Shown here piece by piece: positions 38,801-49,100 of a DNA stretch of 64,000 nucleotides; within the stretch, counting starts at the first letter, position 1, and the number at the start of each line of letters is the position of its first letter. Position numbers and translations under genes: made by a program. The stretch is from Candidatus Poribacteria bacterium (GTDB lineage: Bacteria; Poribacteria; WGA-4E; PCPOR2b). The DNA is taken from NCBI GenBank assembly GCA_965208325.1, contig OZ242326.1:1824001-1888000 (forward strand). Direction: 5' to 3'. Under the pieces are notes generated by a model. The model saw only the letters and a list, made by a program, of their open reading frames with translations, was not told where the DNA came from and did no database searches.

Positions 38801-40060
38801 ATGGATGTTACAACAATAGAACTGCCGTACGGGCGTTCATCGGTGAGTGTTGATGCGCCGGCCGAGAATATTCTCGGTATCTACAGGCCGGAAACGGACG
38901 GAGGGGTCCCGGACGAGGATGTGCTTTTGCGCGAAGCGTTGGAGAAACCTGTCCGTTCTCCGCGTTTGCGCGACTTGGTTCGACCTGGGCAAAAGATAGC
39001 GATTGTGACCAGCGACCTGACGCGTCCGTGTCCGTCCGAGCGGCTGCTGCCGCTAATCCTTGATGAACTGGCGGCAAGCGGGATCCCCGATGCGGATGTG
39101 ACTGTGGTCATCGCGCTTGGGTTGCATCGACCGATGACAGCGGAGGAATTGGAGGTTACAGTTGGTACAGATGTATACCGCCGTGTCACGGTAATCAACC
39201 ACGATCCCAGAGACACGGTCCGATTAGGCGTTACCGCTGCCGGTACGCCCGTCGAGATTTTTCGGCCTGTTGTTGAATCCGATGTACGCATCTGCTTAGG
39301 CAACGTTGAGCTGCATTATTTCGTGGGCTATTCCGGCGGCGCGAAAGCGATTCTGCCCGGATGCGCTTCGGACGCGACGATTACAGCCAACCACGCCATG
39401 ATGGTACGCGCCGAGGCGTGCGCCGGCCGATTGGAAGGCAACCCGGTGCGCGGCGACATTGAGGAAGGGGTTGCCATGGTGGGTGTCGACTTTATATTTA
39501 ACGTGGTGTTGGACGGCAATCACCGCATAATCGGCGCAGTGGCAGGCGACGTAACCGCCGCTCATCGACACGGGTGCGAGATTGCGGCGCAACGCAGCAC
39601 GGTTGCAATTCCCAAACAGGCGGACATTGTATTGGTAGGCGCGGGGGGATACCCTAGCGACGTGAACCTGTATCAAGCGCAAAAGGCGTTGGACAACGCA
39701 CAATACTCCGTCCGCGATGGCGGGGTCATCGTTATGTCAGCCGAGTGCAGTGAGGGCTTCGGCAATCAGACCTTCGAGACTTGGATGACGAACGCCAACT
39801 CTCCCGAAGAGGTGTTAGACAGAATTCAGCAAAAATTCGTGATAGGCGGACATAAAGCGGCTGCGATTGCGGCGGTGCTGCGGCGAGCGACGGTTTATCT
39901 GGTCTCAGCCCTATCGCCCAAGCCGGTACGAAATTGCGGTTTAGTGCCATTTGCTAATCTGCGCGAAGCAATGCAAGCGGCGTTTGATGAGGCGGGAAAG
40001 CGATCCGACATCATTGTGATGCCGAACGGCGGTTCAATTCTTCCGGTTGCGGGGAATTGA
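38801..40060 (+). CDS. larA: Nickel-dependent lactate racemase family protein
   Basis: SDLTRP, ALGLHR, HYFVGYSGGAKAILPG, NH, NLYQAQKAL, GGHKA. Confidence 0.88.
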   Translation: MDVTTIELPYGRSSVSVDAPAENILGIYRPETDGGVPDEDVLLREALEKPVRSPRLRDLVRPGQKIAIVTSDLTRPCPSERLLPLILDELAASGIPDADVTVVIALGLHRPMTAEELEVTVGTDVYRRVTVINHDPRDTVRLGVTAAGTPVEIFRPVVESDVRICLGNVELHYFVGYSGGAKAILPGCASDATITANHAMMVRAEACAGRLEGNPVRGDIEEGVAMVGVDFIFNVVLDGNHRIIGAVAGDVTAAHRHGCEIAAQRSTVAIPKQADIVLVGAGGYPSDVNLYQAQKALDNAQYSVRDGGVIVMSAECSEGFGNQTFETWMTNANSPEEVLDRIQQKFVIGGHKAAAIAAVLRRATVYLVSALSPKPVRNCGLVPFANLREAMQAAFDEAGKRSDIIVMPNGGSILPVAGN

Positions 40061-40574
40061 GAGGGCGTGGCATCAGTAAAGGTGGGCTGTCAACCCTCCT
40101 AGACCCGCTTTGTTAAGCTTGCTAATACCCACACCTTAATGAGGGTGTTAGAAACAGCGCGCAACGCAACCTATAAGAACTAGGAAGAACTAAAAAAACT
40201 ATCGCCTTCCCTATTCGATGAGTTAAAACTCTTTGGTAAGGCTTACTATTGCCCACAAGTCCGTAAAGTCGGATGGTGTACGGGTTTTCTCACCTCATTC
40301 TTGACGTAACCATGCCGTGAAGCTCCCGTGGGAAGAGCTTCCTAGCCCTGATTATCGGGACAAGGATGTCCCTCCCACAGTTTACACTATACCGAATTGA
40401 ACAATCGTTCTTAGCCGCAACATGGACTGCGTCTAACTCCAAAGATTTGTGGGTAAGTGTAATCATGGTAAGGAGGAGAATGATTATTCTAACGAATCGA
40501 CAATCGGGAGAAGGAATTTCCTCCCACAGCGCGGCTCCGTGCGGATTCGAATGGTTATCGGATGGTGCTAGCGG

Positions 40575-41342
40575 TTAATCGTCGTGAGATTCGTCTTTGG
40601 CGGGTGATACAGCGTCTTGGCTTTCGAAAAATTCCTTTGCCGTTTGATGAATCCGATTCAAATCTGACCGTGACGGACGATGGCGGGCAAACTGAACCAT
40701 GTCACATGTGCGGAGGATTTCGCCGACGTGGTCGGCAACACTATCCGTCAAATCGTGGGGCAGACCTGCGAGGATTTGCCCGGTGTCTACGATTTTGATT
40801 TGATATTTTTCGCTGATATACCGCTTGGTCGTCATGGCGATTGATTCGTAATATTGTGGAATGTCACCTTCATCGCGCAGCCGCAAGGCTTGTTCCAACG
40901 CGTTCAATGCTGCGCCCTCAAGCGTAATTGAATGGGTCTCAGTTTCTAAAGGAATGACTTCTTCTGCAGGTTTGATTTCAGACCGATTGACATTCGCCCT
41001 GGGCGTCATAAGAGGCATTCTGTCGTTTAAAATTTGATTATCTTCAGTGGATTCATGGCGGCGGAATAGGCGAGGCAGGTTCGATCTATTTTGGCGGAGC
41101 AAAGCATAGGTGCAGAGGACAACCCCCACCACAAGCAATGCCGGAATAATTATTGAGACGACCGTAATTACGAGGTCAAAGAAACTCGCCTGGTTTTCAT
41201 TCAGCGTTACGCTTTGAGAAAATCCAGTTGAGGCAAGCAAAGGAAGCGTTATTGATAGTAATATTGCGAGTGTTGTCGGTATCACATCTCTCCAACAATT
41301 GAATTGCCGCGGTATTGGGATACGGCAGCGGCATGCACCCAA
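40575..41342 (-). CDS. Hypothetical membrane protein (start possibly GTG 41285)
   Basis: Signal/TM segments; helical C-terminus 'KRYISEKYQI...LRTCDMVQFARHRP'. Confidence 0.65.
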   Translation of the reverse strand: MGACRCRIPIPRQFNCWRDVIPTTLAILLSITLPLLASTGFSQSVTLNENQASFFDLVITVVSIIIPALLVVGVVLCTYALLRQNRSNLPRLFRRHESTEDNQILNDRMPLMTPRANVNRSEIKPAEEVIPLETETHSITLEGAALNALEQALRLRDEGDIPQYYESIAMTTKRYISEKYQIKIVDTGQILAGLPHDLTDSVADHVGEILRTCDMVQFARHRPSRSDLNRIHQTAKEFFESQDAVSPAKDESHDD

Positions 41343-41346
41343 TGGT

Positions 41347-42774
41347 TTAGCCAGCGCTCAAGCCGTATTCCTTAATTTTTCTGAAGATAGTTCGCTTTGA
41401 AACGCCCAATATCTGTGCTGCCTTGGCTTTATTATTCTCCACATGTTTGAGCGTGGCTCGAATTGATTCCTTCTCAATCTCCGCCAGCGACAGTCCAACC
41501 TCAAGATCGAGATGAGATTCGGTAAGTTCGCTTTGCGCCGCATCAAGAGCGGTTGGCGCAGAAAAAATAAATTGCGAGCTTTCGCCGGCTGCTTTTAATG
41601 TGTGTTCGGGGAGATCTTCGAGATTTAGCTCCGACCGATTAGACATAACGACCATTCCTTCAATACAGTTTCTCAACTCACGCACATTTCCGGGCCAGTC
41701 ATGATTTATTAAGGTTCGCAGGGCACGGGAGGTTATGTTCTTAACCGCCTTTCGATTTTCTCTACTGAACTCCTCAATAAAAACCTTGACTAACAGCGGA
41801 ATGTCCTCTCTCCTTTCACGAAGCGGCGGCAAGGCGATCTGAATTACGTTTAGCCTATCATAGAGATCTGCCAAAAATTCTCCATTCTCTACGGCGTCCT
41901 CAAGATCGCGGTTTGTTGCGGAGACGATGCGAACATCGACCTGGACGGGTTCATTGCCACCTACTCTCTCAAACGTTCTTTCCTCAAGTACGCGGAGCAA
42001 CCGCGATTGATTGGATAGGCTTAACTTGCCGACTTCATCAAGGAATAGGGTGCCGCCGTGCGCGGTCTCAAACCGGCCTTTGCGCATGCGGTGAGCACCA
42101 GTAAATGCGCCGCGTTCATGTCCAAACAGCTCTGATTCAGCTAGCCCCTCAGCCAAGGCGGCGCAATTGAAAACGACGAGTTGCCCGGGCCGCAGACTGC
42201 GATGATGGATGGCGCGGGCAACGAGTTCTTTTCCGGTACCGCGCTCACCGCGAATCATGACGGTCGCTTTTGTCGGAGCAACTTGCGAGATGATTTGCCG
42301 AACTTCTTGCATCCCCGCTGAGTGCCCTGTTAATTGGAGCGGTCCCACTCTGTTGTCAATCTGGGACTGCAATCGGCGGTTTTCGAGGGTGAGGCGGCGG
42401 GTCTCAAGTATTTTGTGTAGAAATGCTTTTAGGTGTACGGGCCTGAGCGGTTTTGGAAGGAAAAAGCTGGATTTGTGGTGAAGTGTGGCTTTGATGCCGG
42501 TGTCGGTTTCCAATACATTTGCCGCTGTTGTGAAAATGACGCCAACGTCCGGGTTTTTGCCATAAGCGGCTTCGAGGAGTTTTAAGCCGTCAATCCGGTC
42601 TGCTTTAAGCGGAGCGATTAGGACATCAATTTCTAGGCGTTGAATGCGATCTAGGGCCGCGTATTGATTGTCGGTGACATGCACCTGCAAGCCTTCGCCT
42701 TCAAGTGCGTGACAAATGGTTTCGCATTGTCTTCGGTCAGAATCAACAACGAGGGTAGTCGTCTTGCTGTTCAT
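41347..42774 (-). CDS. Sigma54-dependent transcriptional regulator (NtrC/AtoC family) with atypical receiver
   Basis: GERGTGKE, ESELFGHERGAFTGA, LFLDE, WPGNVREL, Fis HTH; expected phosphoacceptor Asp appears replaced ('DVLIAPL'). Confidence 0.92.
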   Translation of the reverse strand: MNSKTTTLVVDSDRRQCETICHALEGEGLQVHVTDNQYAALDRIQRLEIDVLIAPLKADRIDGLKLLEAAYGKNPDVGVIFTTAANVLETDTGIKATLHHKSSFFLPKPLRPVHLKAFLHKILETRRLTLENRRLQSQIDNRVGPLQLTGHSAGMQEVRQIISQVAPTKATVMIRGERGTGKELVARAIHHRSLRPGQLVVFNCAALAEGLAESELFGHERGAFTGAHRMRKGRFETAHGGTLFLDEVGKLSLSNQSRLLRVLEERTFERVGGNEPVQVDVRIVSATNRDLEDAVENGEFLADLYDRLNVIQIALPPLRERREDIPLLVKVFIEEFSRENRKAVKNITSRALRTLINHDWPGNVRELRNCIEGMVVMSNRSELNLEDLPEHTLKAAGESSQFIFSAPTALDAAQSELTESHLDLEVGLSLAEIEKESIRATLKHVENNKAKAAQILGVSKRTIFRKIKEYGLSAG

Positions 42775-42862
42775 TTTACTCGCTCAATTTTTTTCGGCCC
42801 GTTGAATGATTTCCGCAATGTAAGACGTGAGTATTCACATGTGTTACGTTGGGGTACTAAAC

Positions 42863-42935
42863 ACCTGTCGCCCCGCTGGGGCTTTTGATATGGGGCAAAT
42901 CGACTTTTCTATACACCTGCCGCGCCTCCGGGGCT
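42863..42935. repeat. Dispersed doublet of CGCCCC.C.GGGGCT hairpins
   Basis: Homologous to 47686-47757; the same hairpin recurs in the arrays at 47.7-49 kb and 54.16 kb. Confidence 0.75.
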
Positions 42936-43135
42936 AAATGCTGTTAGAGATTTATGTATAACGGTGATTTGCTCCTCTCCTTTTGAACGGAATCGCCGCG
43001 ATTGGGGTTTCGCAAGTTCACAGTTAGAACATTTTGCGTTGACGGGACAAGTTCACTTTTTCATCATTTACGGTAGCGTATTTGCCTAAATTCGGACAGA
43101 AAATGATACCTTATTCCCAAAACTTCGTCAAGCGG

Positions 43136-43173
43136 AAAACAGGCGGATGACGACGATTTGCCGCCTGTGTTTT
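43136..43173 (-). terminator. Putative intrinsic terminator after rluD
   Basis: CAGGCGG...CCGCCTG stem followed by TTTT on minus strand, directly after the stop. Confidence 0.45.
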
Positions 43174-43174
43174 A

Positions 43175-44149
43175 TCATGTTCTCAGTGCATCCACAACCC
43201 GCTGCATATCGATTGGCATCGGCGCCGAAAACGTCAATTTCTCGCCGGATTCAGGGTGGTTAAAGCCAAGTGTTCGCGCGTGCAAGGCTTGGCGATTGAG
43301 CTTCGCAAACGCCTCCGCCAATGCGGGCGAATGAGCGTTATACAATGCACGGCGCCGCCCTCCGCCATAGACGGCATCTCCCGCAACCGGAAGACCGATG
43401 TGGCTGAGATGCACGCGGATTTGGTGAAGGCGCCCGGTCTCCAAATTCAACTGAATGAGGGAAAATTTGCCATAAATTTCCAGGGCACGATAGTGGGTAA
43501 CGGCATGACGACCCGACTCCACCGATACGGTCATTTTTCGCGGATCTCTGCGACTGCGGCGGATTGGTGCGTTTATTGTGCCAGACTCCGATTTTGGAAC
43601 GCCGCAAGCCACAGCGAGATACTCCCGTACGGTGGAATGGGCTTCAAATTGCGCCGATAGATGACGATGCGCGTGATCGGTCTTCGCGGCAACGAGCACC
43701 CCCGATGTATTCTTATCGAGCCGATGTACGATACCGGGCCGTTCCGCGCCGCCAATTTGAGACAGAACGCCGCAGTGTGCAAGCAAGGCATTGACAAGCG
43801 TTCCGGTGTTGACGCGGCCGGCAGGGTGAACAAGCATGTCCGCGGGTTTGTTCACGACGATAAGGACGGAATCTTCGTACAGAATATCGAGCGGTATGTG
43901 ATTGGGTTGGATAGACTCCATCACGGAGCCATTTGGAATGGTGAGGGAGATTTGATCGCCTGCTCGAAGTTTATGACCAGGCTTGGCAACTTTGCCGTTG
44001 ACTGTGACGGCGCCACCGCGGACTAATTTTTGTATAGCTGACCGGGACAACTGATTTGGCTGGCCAGGAACATGCTGCTCGTCTACAAACCGATCTAGCC
44101 GGAAATTTTCGTGTTCTGTTTCAACGAGATAGTTGTAGATACGTGACAT
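43175..44149 (-). CDS. rluD: 23S rRNA pseudouridine synthase RluD family
   Basis: S4 domain (RLDRFV...LSRSAIQKL), VNKPADMLVHP, GIVHRLDKNTSG, TGRLHQIRVH. Confidence 0.93.
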   Translation of the reverse strand: MSRIYNYLVETEHENFRLDRFVDEQHVPGQPNQLSRSAIQKLVRGGAVTVNGKVAKPGHKLRAGDQISLTIPNGSVMESIQPNHIPLDILYEDSVLIVVNKPADMLVHPAGRVNTGTLVNALLAHCGVLSQIGGAERPGIVHRLDKNTSGVLVAAKTDHAHRHLSAQFEAHSTVREYLAVACGVPKSESGTINAPIRRSRRDPRKMTVSVESGRHAVTHYRALEIYGKFSLIQLNLETGRLHQIRVHLSHIGLPVAGDAVYGGGRRRALYNAHSPALAEAFAKLNRQALHARTLGFNHPESGEKLTFSAPMPIDMQRVVDALRT

Positions 44150-44197
44150 ATCAAAGAGGGATTCGCCTACTGTAACCGATCTTCACGCTCTTACGAA

Positions 44198-45403
44198 TTA
44201 TTGAACTTTCCGCGAGATAGCATGGCGTTTCATCTTCTTTTTATAAACCGGAGATATGGCACGCATTTGCTCGACAATGGCGGGCACTTTTTCGACGACT
44301 TCCTCGATTTCGCCCTGGGTGTTATCTTTACCGAGCGAGAATCGAACTGTGCCCTGCGCCAACTGCGGCGAGATACCGAGCGCCGCCAGCACATGCGACG
44401 GTTCCATCGATCCAGAGGTACAGGCGGAACCGGTCGACACACAGATGCCTTCCATATCCAACCTCAGAATCAGGCTCTCCCCTTCGACGAATTCAAACGA
44501 AATGTTTAGGGTTCCCGGCAGGCAGTATTCCGGATGACTGTTCTCGTAGATATTAGTTAGGCGTTCATGGAGCCCAGTGCGCAGCTTGTTAGTTAGCCGG
44601 TTGAGATGTTGGCTATAGGATTCGCGGTGTTTTTTCGCCAATGCGGCGGCTGCGCCCATACCGACGATTGCGGGGACATTTTCTGAGCCTGCGCGGCGGT
44701 TGCGCTCATGCGTCCCGCCGTGAATGAGGTTTTCCAAACGGGTGCCGCGCCGAGTATATAAGGCGCCGATGCCTTTGGGACCGTAAAATTTGTGCGCGGA
44801 GAGGGTGAGCAGGTTCACGCCTAACTCTTGGACATTGAGCGGAAGTTTGCCAACGGACTGTACGGCGTCGGTGTGAACGGGGATGCCGTGCGACCCAGCG
44901 ATTTCGCAAACGTCTTCAATCGGTTGAATTGTTCCGTTTTCATTGTTCGCATGCATAATCGAAACCAAAATTGTGGTGTCACGGATTGCCTCGGAGAGAT
45001 TCTCGATTTGAATTCGCCCGTACCGGTCAACCGGCAGGTAGGACACTTCAAACCCGTGCTTTTCAAGGTGTTGACACGTATGGAGCACGGCGTGATGTTC
45101 AACTGAGGAGGTGATAATGTGGTTTTTGCCGTACCGATGTTTTTGGAACTCGGCGACGCCTTTGACGGCGTAGTTGTCCGCTTCGGTGCCGCAACTGGTG
45201 AAAACGATTTCGCTCGGACTTTTTGCACCAATTAAATCCGCGACGTGTTCACGCGCGGTATCGATTGCGTTGCGCGCCTCGCGCCCATAAGCGTGGATGC
45301 TTGAGCCGTTCCCGAAGTGCTCCATCATGTAGGGCATCATGGCTTCCCGCACTTCAGAATGGAGCGGGGTTGTTGCATTATGGTCTAAGTAGATGCGTTG
45401 CAT
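44198..45403 (-). CDS. iscS: Cysteine desulfurase IscS/NifS
   Basis: YLDHNATTP, HTDAVQ, SAHKFYGPKG, STGSACTS, PSHVL. Confidence 0.95.
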   Translation of the reverse strand: MQRIYLDHNATTPLHSEVREAMMPYMMEHFGNGSSIHAYGREARNAIDTAREHVADLIGAKSPSEIVFTSCGTEADNYAVKGVAEFQKHRYGKNHIITSSVEHHAVLHTCQHLEKHGFEVSYLPVDRYGRIQIENLSEAIRDTTILVSIMHANNENGTIQPIEDVCEIAGSHGIPVHTDAVQSVGKLPLNVQELGVNLLTLSAHKFYGPKGIGALYTRRGTRLENLIHGGTHERNRRAGSENVPAIVGMGAAAALAKKHRESYSQHLNRLTNKLRTGLHERLTNIYENSHPEYCLPGTLNISFEFVEGESLILRLDMEGICVSTGSACTSGSMEPSHVLAALGISPQLAQGTVRFSLGKDNTQGEIEEVVEKVPAIVEQMRAISPVYKKKMKRHAISRKVQ

Positions 45404-45736
45404 GAATTTTCCTTGAAAACCAGTTTCCGGTACAATTTTCGCCGCGAATCGCCGTTTTTTTCATCAAAAGAGACACGTAAAACACCCTAAGCGGACATTT
45501 ACAAGCATGTGATTAAAGTGCGCGAAAACCGCGCGTGCATATCGTAGCTAATGGCGATCTAAGCCAGTGCCAGCGCAGGTTTGCCGGATAAGTGTACATA
45601 CCGCAGCGAGCGCTTAAAAATGTTAATTTTGGCACAAAATTTCCTAAAAAAGCGGACAGCCAGCGTGATTTTTTGATTTCAGTTAATTTTGCCAGCGGCG
45701 TGTAAAAAAGCTTTCCCCTTCACACCCGACTGTCAT

Positions 45737-47557
45737 TTAATCGGATCGAGCGGTTATTTGATCTTGGACGAGGGCGATGAACTGCTGCACGGGCATGTCA
45801 TTTTGACGAGAGCCGTCGCGTTTTCGAAGCGAAACGGTGCCGCCGTCGACTTCCCGGTCCCCGACTACGAGCATGTAAGGCACTTTCATCAACTGGGCTT
45901 GGCGAATCTTCGCATTCATGCGTTCGCTACTCAAATCCGCCTTCGCACGGAGACCTGCGTCATTTAACTGTTCGGCCAACTTTTGTGCGTAGCCGTTATG
46001 ATTGTCGTTGATTGGAATCACGCGAGCGTGCTCCGGAGAAAGCCAGACCGGGAATCGGCCAGCATAATGTTCGATTAAGAAACCGATAAAACGTTCGTGG
46101 GTACCGAGCGGCGCGCGGTGGAGGCAGATTGGTACTTCAGGATTCCCTTCACTGTTTATAAAACGCAAACCAAAGCGTTCAGGTTGGGCGAAATCGACCT
46201 GATTGGTAGCAAGCGTGAATTCGCGGCCGATGGTGCTCCAGATTTGTACGTCAATCTTGGGACCGTAGAAGGCGGCTTCATCGGTGACCTCGACAAAGGG
46301 CACCTCGCCGTTTTTCATGGCGTTTCGCACCATTTCCTCGGTTTTCAGCCACATCCGTTCATTATCGACATATTTTTTGCCGAGACCGCTTTTGTGGTGT
46401 GTGCTGAACCGCATAATATATTTTTCGATGCCGAACAGCCGAAAATATTCGAGGTAGAGGTCAACGACCCGCAGAAATTCATCTTCAAACTGTTCTTCCG
46501 AGCAATAGATGTGGGCATCGTTCATCTGCATGGATCGGACGCGCATCAGACCGAAGAGTTCGCCGCTTTTTTCAAAGCGATAGCAGGTGCCGTATTCGGC
46601 GAGCCGAAGCGGCAGATTGCGATAGCTGCGGGGGCTGCTGGCGAAGATTTTGTGGTGGAAAGGGCAGTTCATGGGTTTAACGAAATAACGGACTCCTTCC
46701 AACTCCATTGGTGGATACATGCTCTCCGTGTAGTGCGCCAAGTGACCGCTGCGCTCAAAAAGCGCATCCTTTGCCAAGTGAGGGGTGCGGACGCGGTCGT
46801 AACCGGCTCTGAGTTCAAATTCTTTTGCGAGTTTTTCCAGTTCTTCGATAATGATTCCGCCGTTCGGCAACCACAGCGGCAGACCGGGACCTACCTCTTC
46901 ATCGAAAATGAAAATCTCCAATTCCTTTCCGAGTTTGCGGTGGTCGCGCTTTTTAGCTTCTTCAAGCCGTTGCAGGTGCTGTTTAAGTTCTTCTTTTGTG
47001 CGCCAAGCCGTCCCATAGATGCGTTGAAGCATGGGTTTATTCTCGTCGCCGCGCCAGTATGCGCCGGCAGTGTTTAACAGCTTGAAGGCGTCGGGGCGGA
47101 TGTGTTTTGTATCTTCGACGTGGGGGCCTCGGCAGAGATCTTCGAAGGTATCATGACGGTATGTGCTAATGACGGGAACATCCTCGGTTGCGGCGCCGTA
47201 TTCATCCGTACCGCCCTGTACGAGTCCGTCAATTAACTCTAACTTATAGGGTTCGTTCTTGAACAGTGTTCGCGCCTCATCAACGCTGACTTCGCGATAG
47301 GTGAATCTGTGGTTGCCCGCGATGATTTGCCGCATACGTTTTTCGATTTTTTTTAGGCTTTCGGTTGAAAATGCAACCGGATTGCCGTCGTCGTCCGTTC
47401 CCAAATCGAAGTCGTAGTAAAATCCGTTTTCAATGGGAGGTCCAATTGCGAGTTTAGCGTTCGGGTAGAACTCGGTTACGGCTTGGGCCATAACATGGGC
47501 GGCGCTATGCCGGGTTTTATAAAGTATGTCCTGCTCGAGCTCATCTGATTTTAACAT
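45737..47557 (-). CDS. thrS: Threonine--tRNA ligase (likely start ATG 47557)
   Basis: RHSAAHVMAQA, DLCRGPH, RDHRKLG, KPMNCPFH, AFYGPKID, ERFIGFLIEHY. Confidence 0.97.
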   Translation of the reverse strand: MLKSDELEQDILYKTRHSAAHVMAQAVTEFYPNAKLAIGPPIENGFYYDFDLGTDDDGNPVAFSTESLKKIEKRMRQIIAGNHRFTYREVSVDEARTLFKNEPYKLELIDGLVQGGTDEYGAATEDVPVISTYRHDTFEDLCRGPHVEDTKHIRPDAFKLLNTAGAYWRGDENKPMLQRIYGTAWRTKEELKQHLQRLEEAKKRDHRKLGKELEIFIFDEEVGPGLPLWLPNGGIIIEELEKLAKEFELRAGYDRVRTPHLAKDALFERSGHLAHYTESMYPPMELEGVRYFVKPMNCPFHHKIFASSPRSYRNLPLRLAEYGTCYRFEKSGELFGLMRVRSMQMNDAHIYCSEEQFEDEFLRVVDLYLEYFRLFGIEKYIMRFSTHHKSGLGKKYVDNERMWLKTEEMVRNAMKNGEVPFVEVTDEAAFYGPKIDVQIWSTIGREFTLATNQVDFAQPERFGLRFINSEGNPEVPICLHRAPLGTHERFIGFLIEHYAGRFPVWLSPEHARVIPINDNHNGYAQKLAEQLNDAGLRAKADLSSERMNAKIRQAQLMKVPYMLVVGDREVDGGTVSLRKRDGSRQNDMPVQQFIALVQDQITARSD

Positions 47558-47730
47558 TATTTTTCCTACGGGAACGGCGTGTTGTTTTAAGAACGTGATT
47601 GAAAAAAATGATGGTGAATTGACGTTTTTATATGCCAGCCGCGCGCGGGGAGAGATGATCCGCATACAAGCTGGCGTGGACTATTACCTGTCGCCCCGCT
47701 GGGGCTTTTGATGTGGGTAAATCGAATTTT

Positions 47731-49100
47731 CTATATACCTTTCGCCCCTCCGGGGCTTTCGGTTATGGCTAATAGTGCGGCGATGAGGGCAACCACAAGG
47801 GTTGCCCTTACAGAAAATGAATCCGATGTAAGGGATGGCGCTATAACCGTTGGATCTTCTAGTGCACGGGATTTGCTATCGCCTTGGTTTTTAGATCGGT
47901 TTGCCCTATTCAGTGGCTAGATTCCACGAAATACCTCACTCCAGCGTTGAGCGCGGCAAGATGCCGCGCCTACGGGGGGCGGTGGCACACGCGCGGCAAG
48001 ATGCCGCGCCTACGGGGGGCGGTGGCACACGCGCGGCAAGATGCCGCGCCTACGGAGGATGGTGAGGTACGATACGCTATATACCTTTCGCCCCACCGGG
48101 GCTTTCGGTTATGGCTAATAGTGCGGCGATGAGGGCAACCACAAGGGTTACCCCTACAGGGAATGAATCCGATGTAAGGGCTGGCGCTATAACCGTTGGA
48201 TCTTCTAGTGCACGGGATTTGCTATCGCCTTGGTTTTTAGATCGGTTTGTCCTATTCTGTGGCTAGATTCCACGAAATACCTCACTCCAGCGTTCAGCGC
48301 GGCAAGATGCCGCGCCTACGGGGGGCGGGGGCACACGCGCGGCAAGATGCCGCGCCTACGGGGGGCGGGGGCACACGCGCGGCAAGATGCCGCGCCTACG
48401 GAGGATGGTGAGGTACGATACGCTATACACCTGTCGCCCCGCCGGGGCTTTGGGTTATGGCTAAAAGTGCGACGATGAGGGCAACCACAAGGGTTACCCC
48501 TACAGAAAATGAATCCGATGTAAGGGCTGGCGCTATAACCGTTGGATCTTCTAGTGCACGGGATTTGCTATCGCCTTGGTTTTTAGATCGGTTTGTCCTA
48601 TTCTGTGGCTAGATTCCACGAAATACCTCACTCCAGCGTTCAGCGCGGCAAGATGCCGCGCCTACGGGGGGCGGTGGCGCACGCGGGGCAAGATGCCGCG
48701 CCTACGGAGGATGGTGAGGTACGATACGCTATACACCTGTCGCCCCGCCGGGGCTTTGGCTTATGGTTAATAGTACGACGATGAGGGCAACCACAAGGGT
48801 TACCCCTACAGAAAATGAATCCGATGTAAGGGATGGCGCTATAACCGTTGGATCTTCTAGTGCACGGGATTTGCTATCGCCTTGGTTTTTAGATCGGTTT
48901 GTCCTATGCAGTGGCTAGATTCCACGAAATACGTCACTCCAGCGTTCAGCGCGGCAAGATGCCGCGCCTACGGGGGGCGGTGGCGCACACGGGGCAAGAT
49001 GCCCCGAATACAAGGCGGCGTGCCTCACGCGGGGATAGTCAACCCCCATAAAAGGCGGCGCGGCGCACTCGGGGCAAGATGTCCCGCCTACAAGGCACCG
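47731..49100. repeat. Tandem array of composite REP-like units (starts 47731, 48077, 48423, 48729)
   Basis: Periods 346, 346 and 306 bp. Each unit has three hairpin types, a conserved spacer and 2-3 copies of a 40-bp GCGCGGCAAGATGCCGCGCCTAC subunit. Confidence 0.95.

Noticed and set aside
46097..47077. 326-aa + strand ORF
   Set aside because: Antisense shadow of thrS; the same applies to most short track ORFs overlapping long genes
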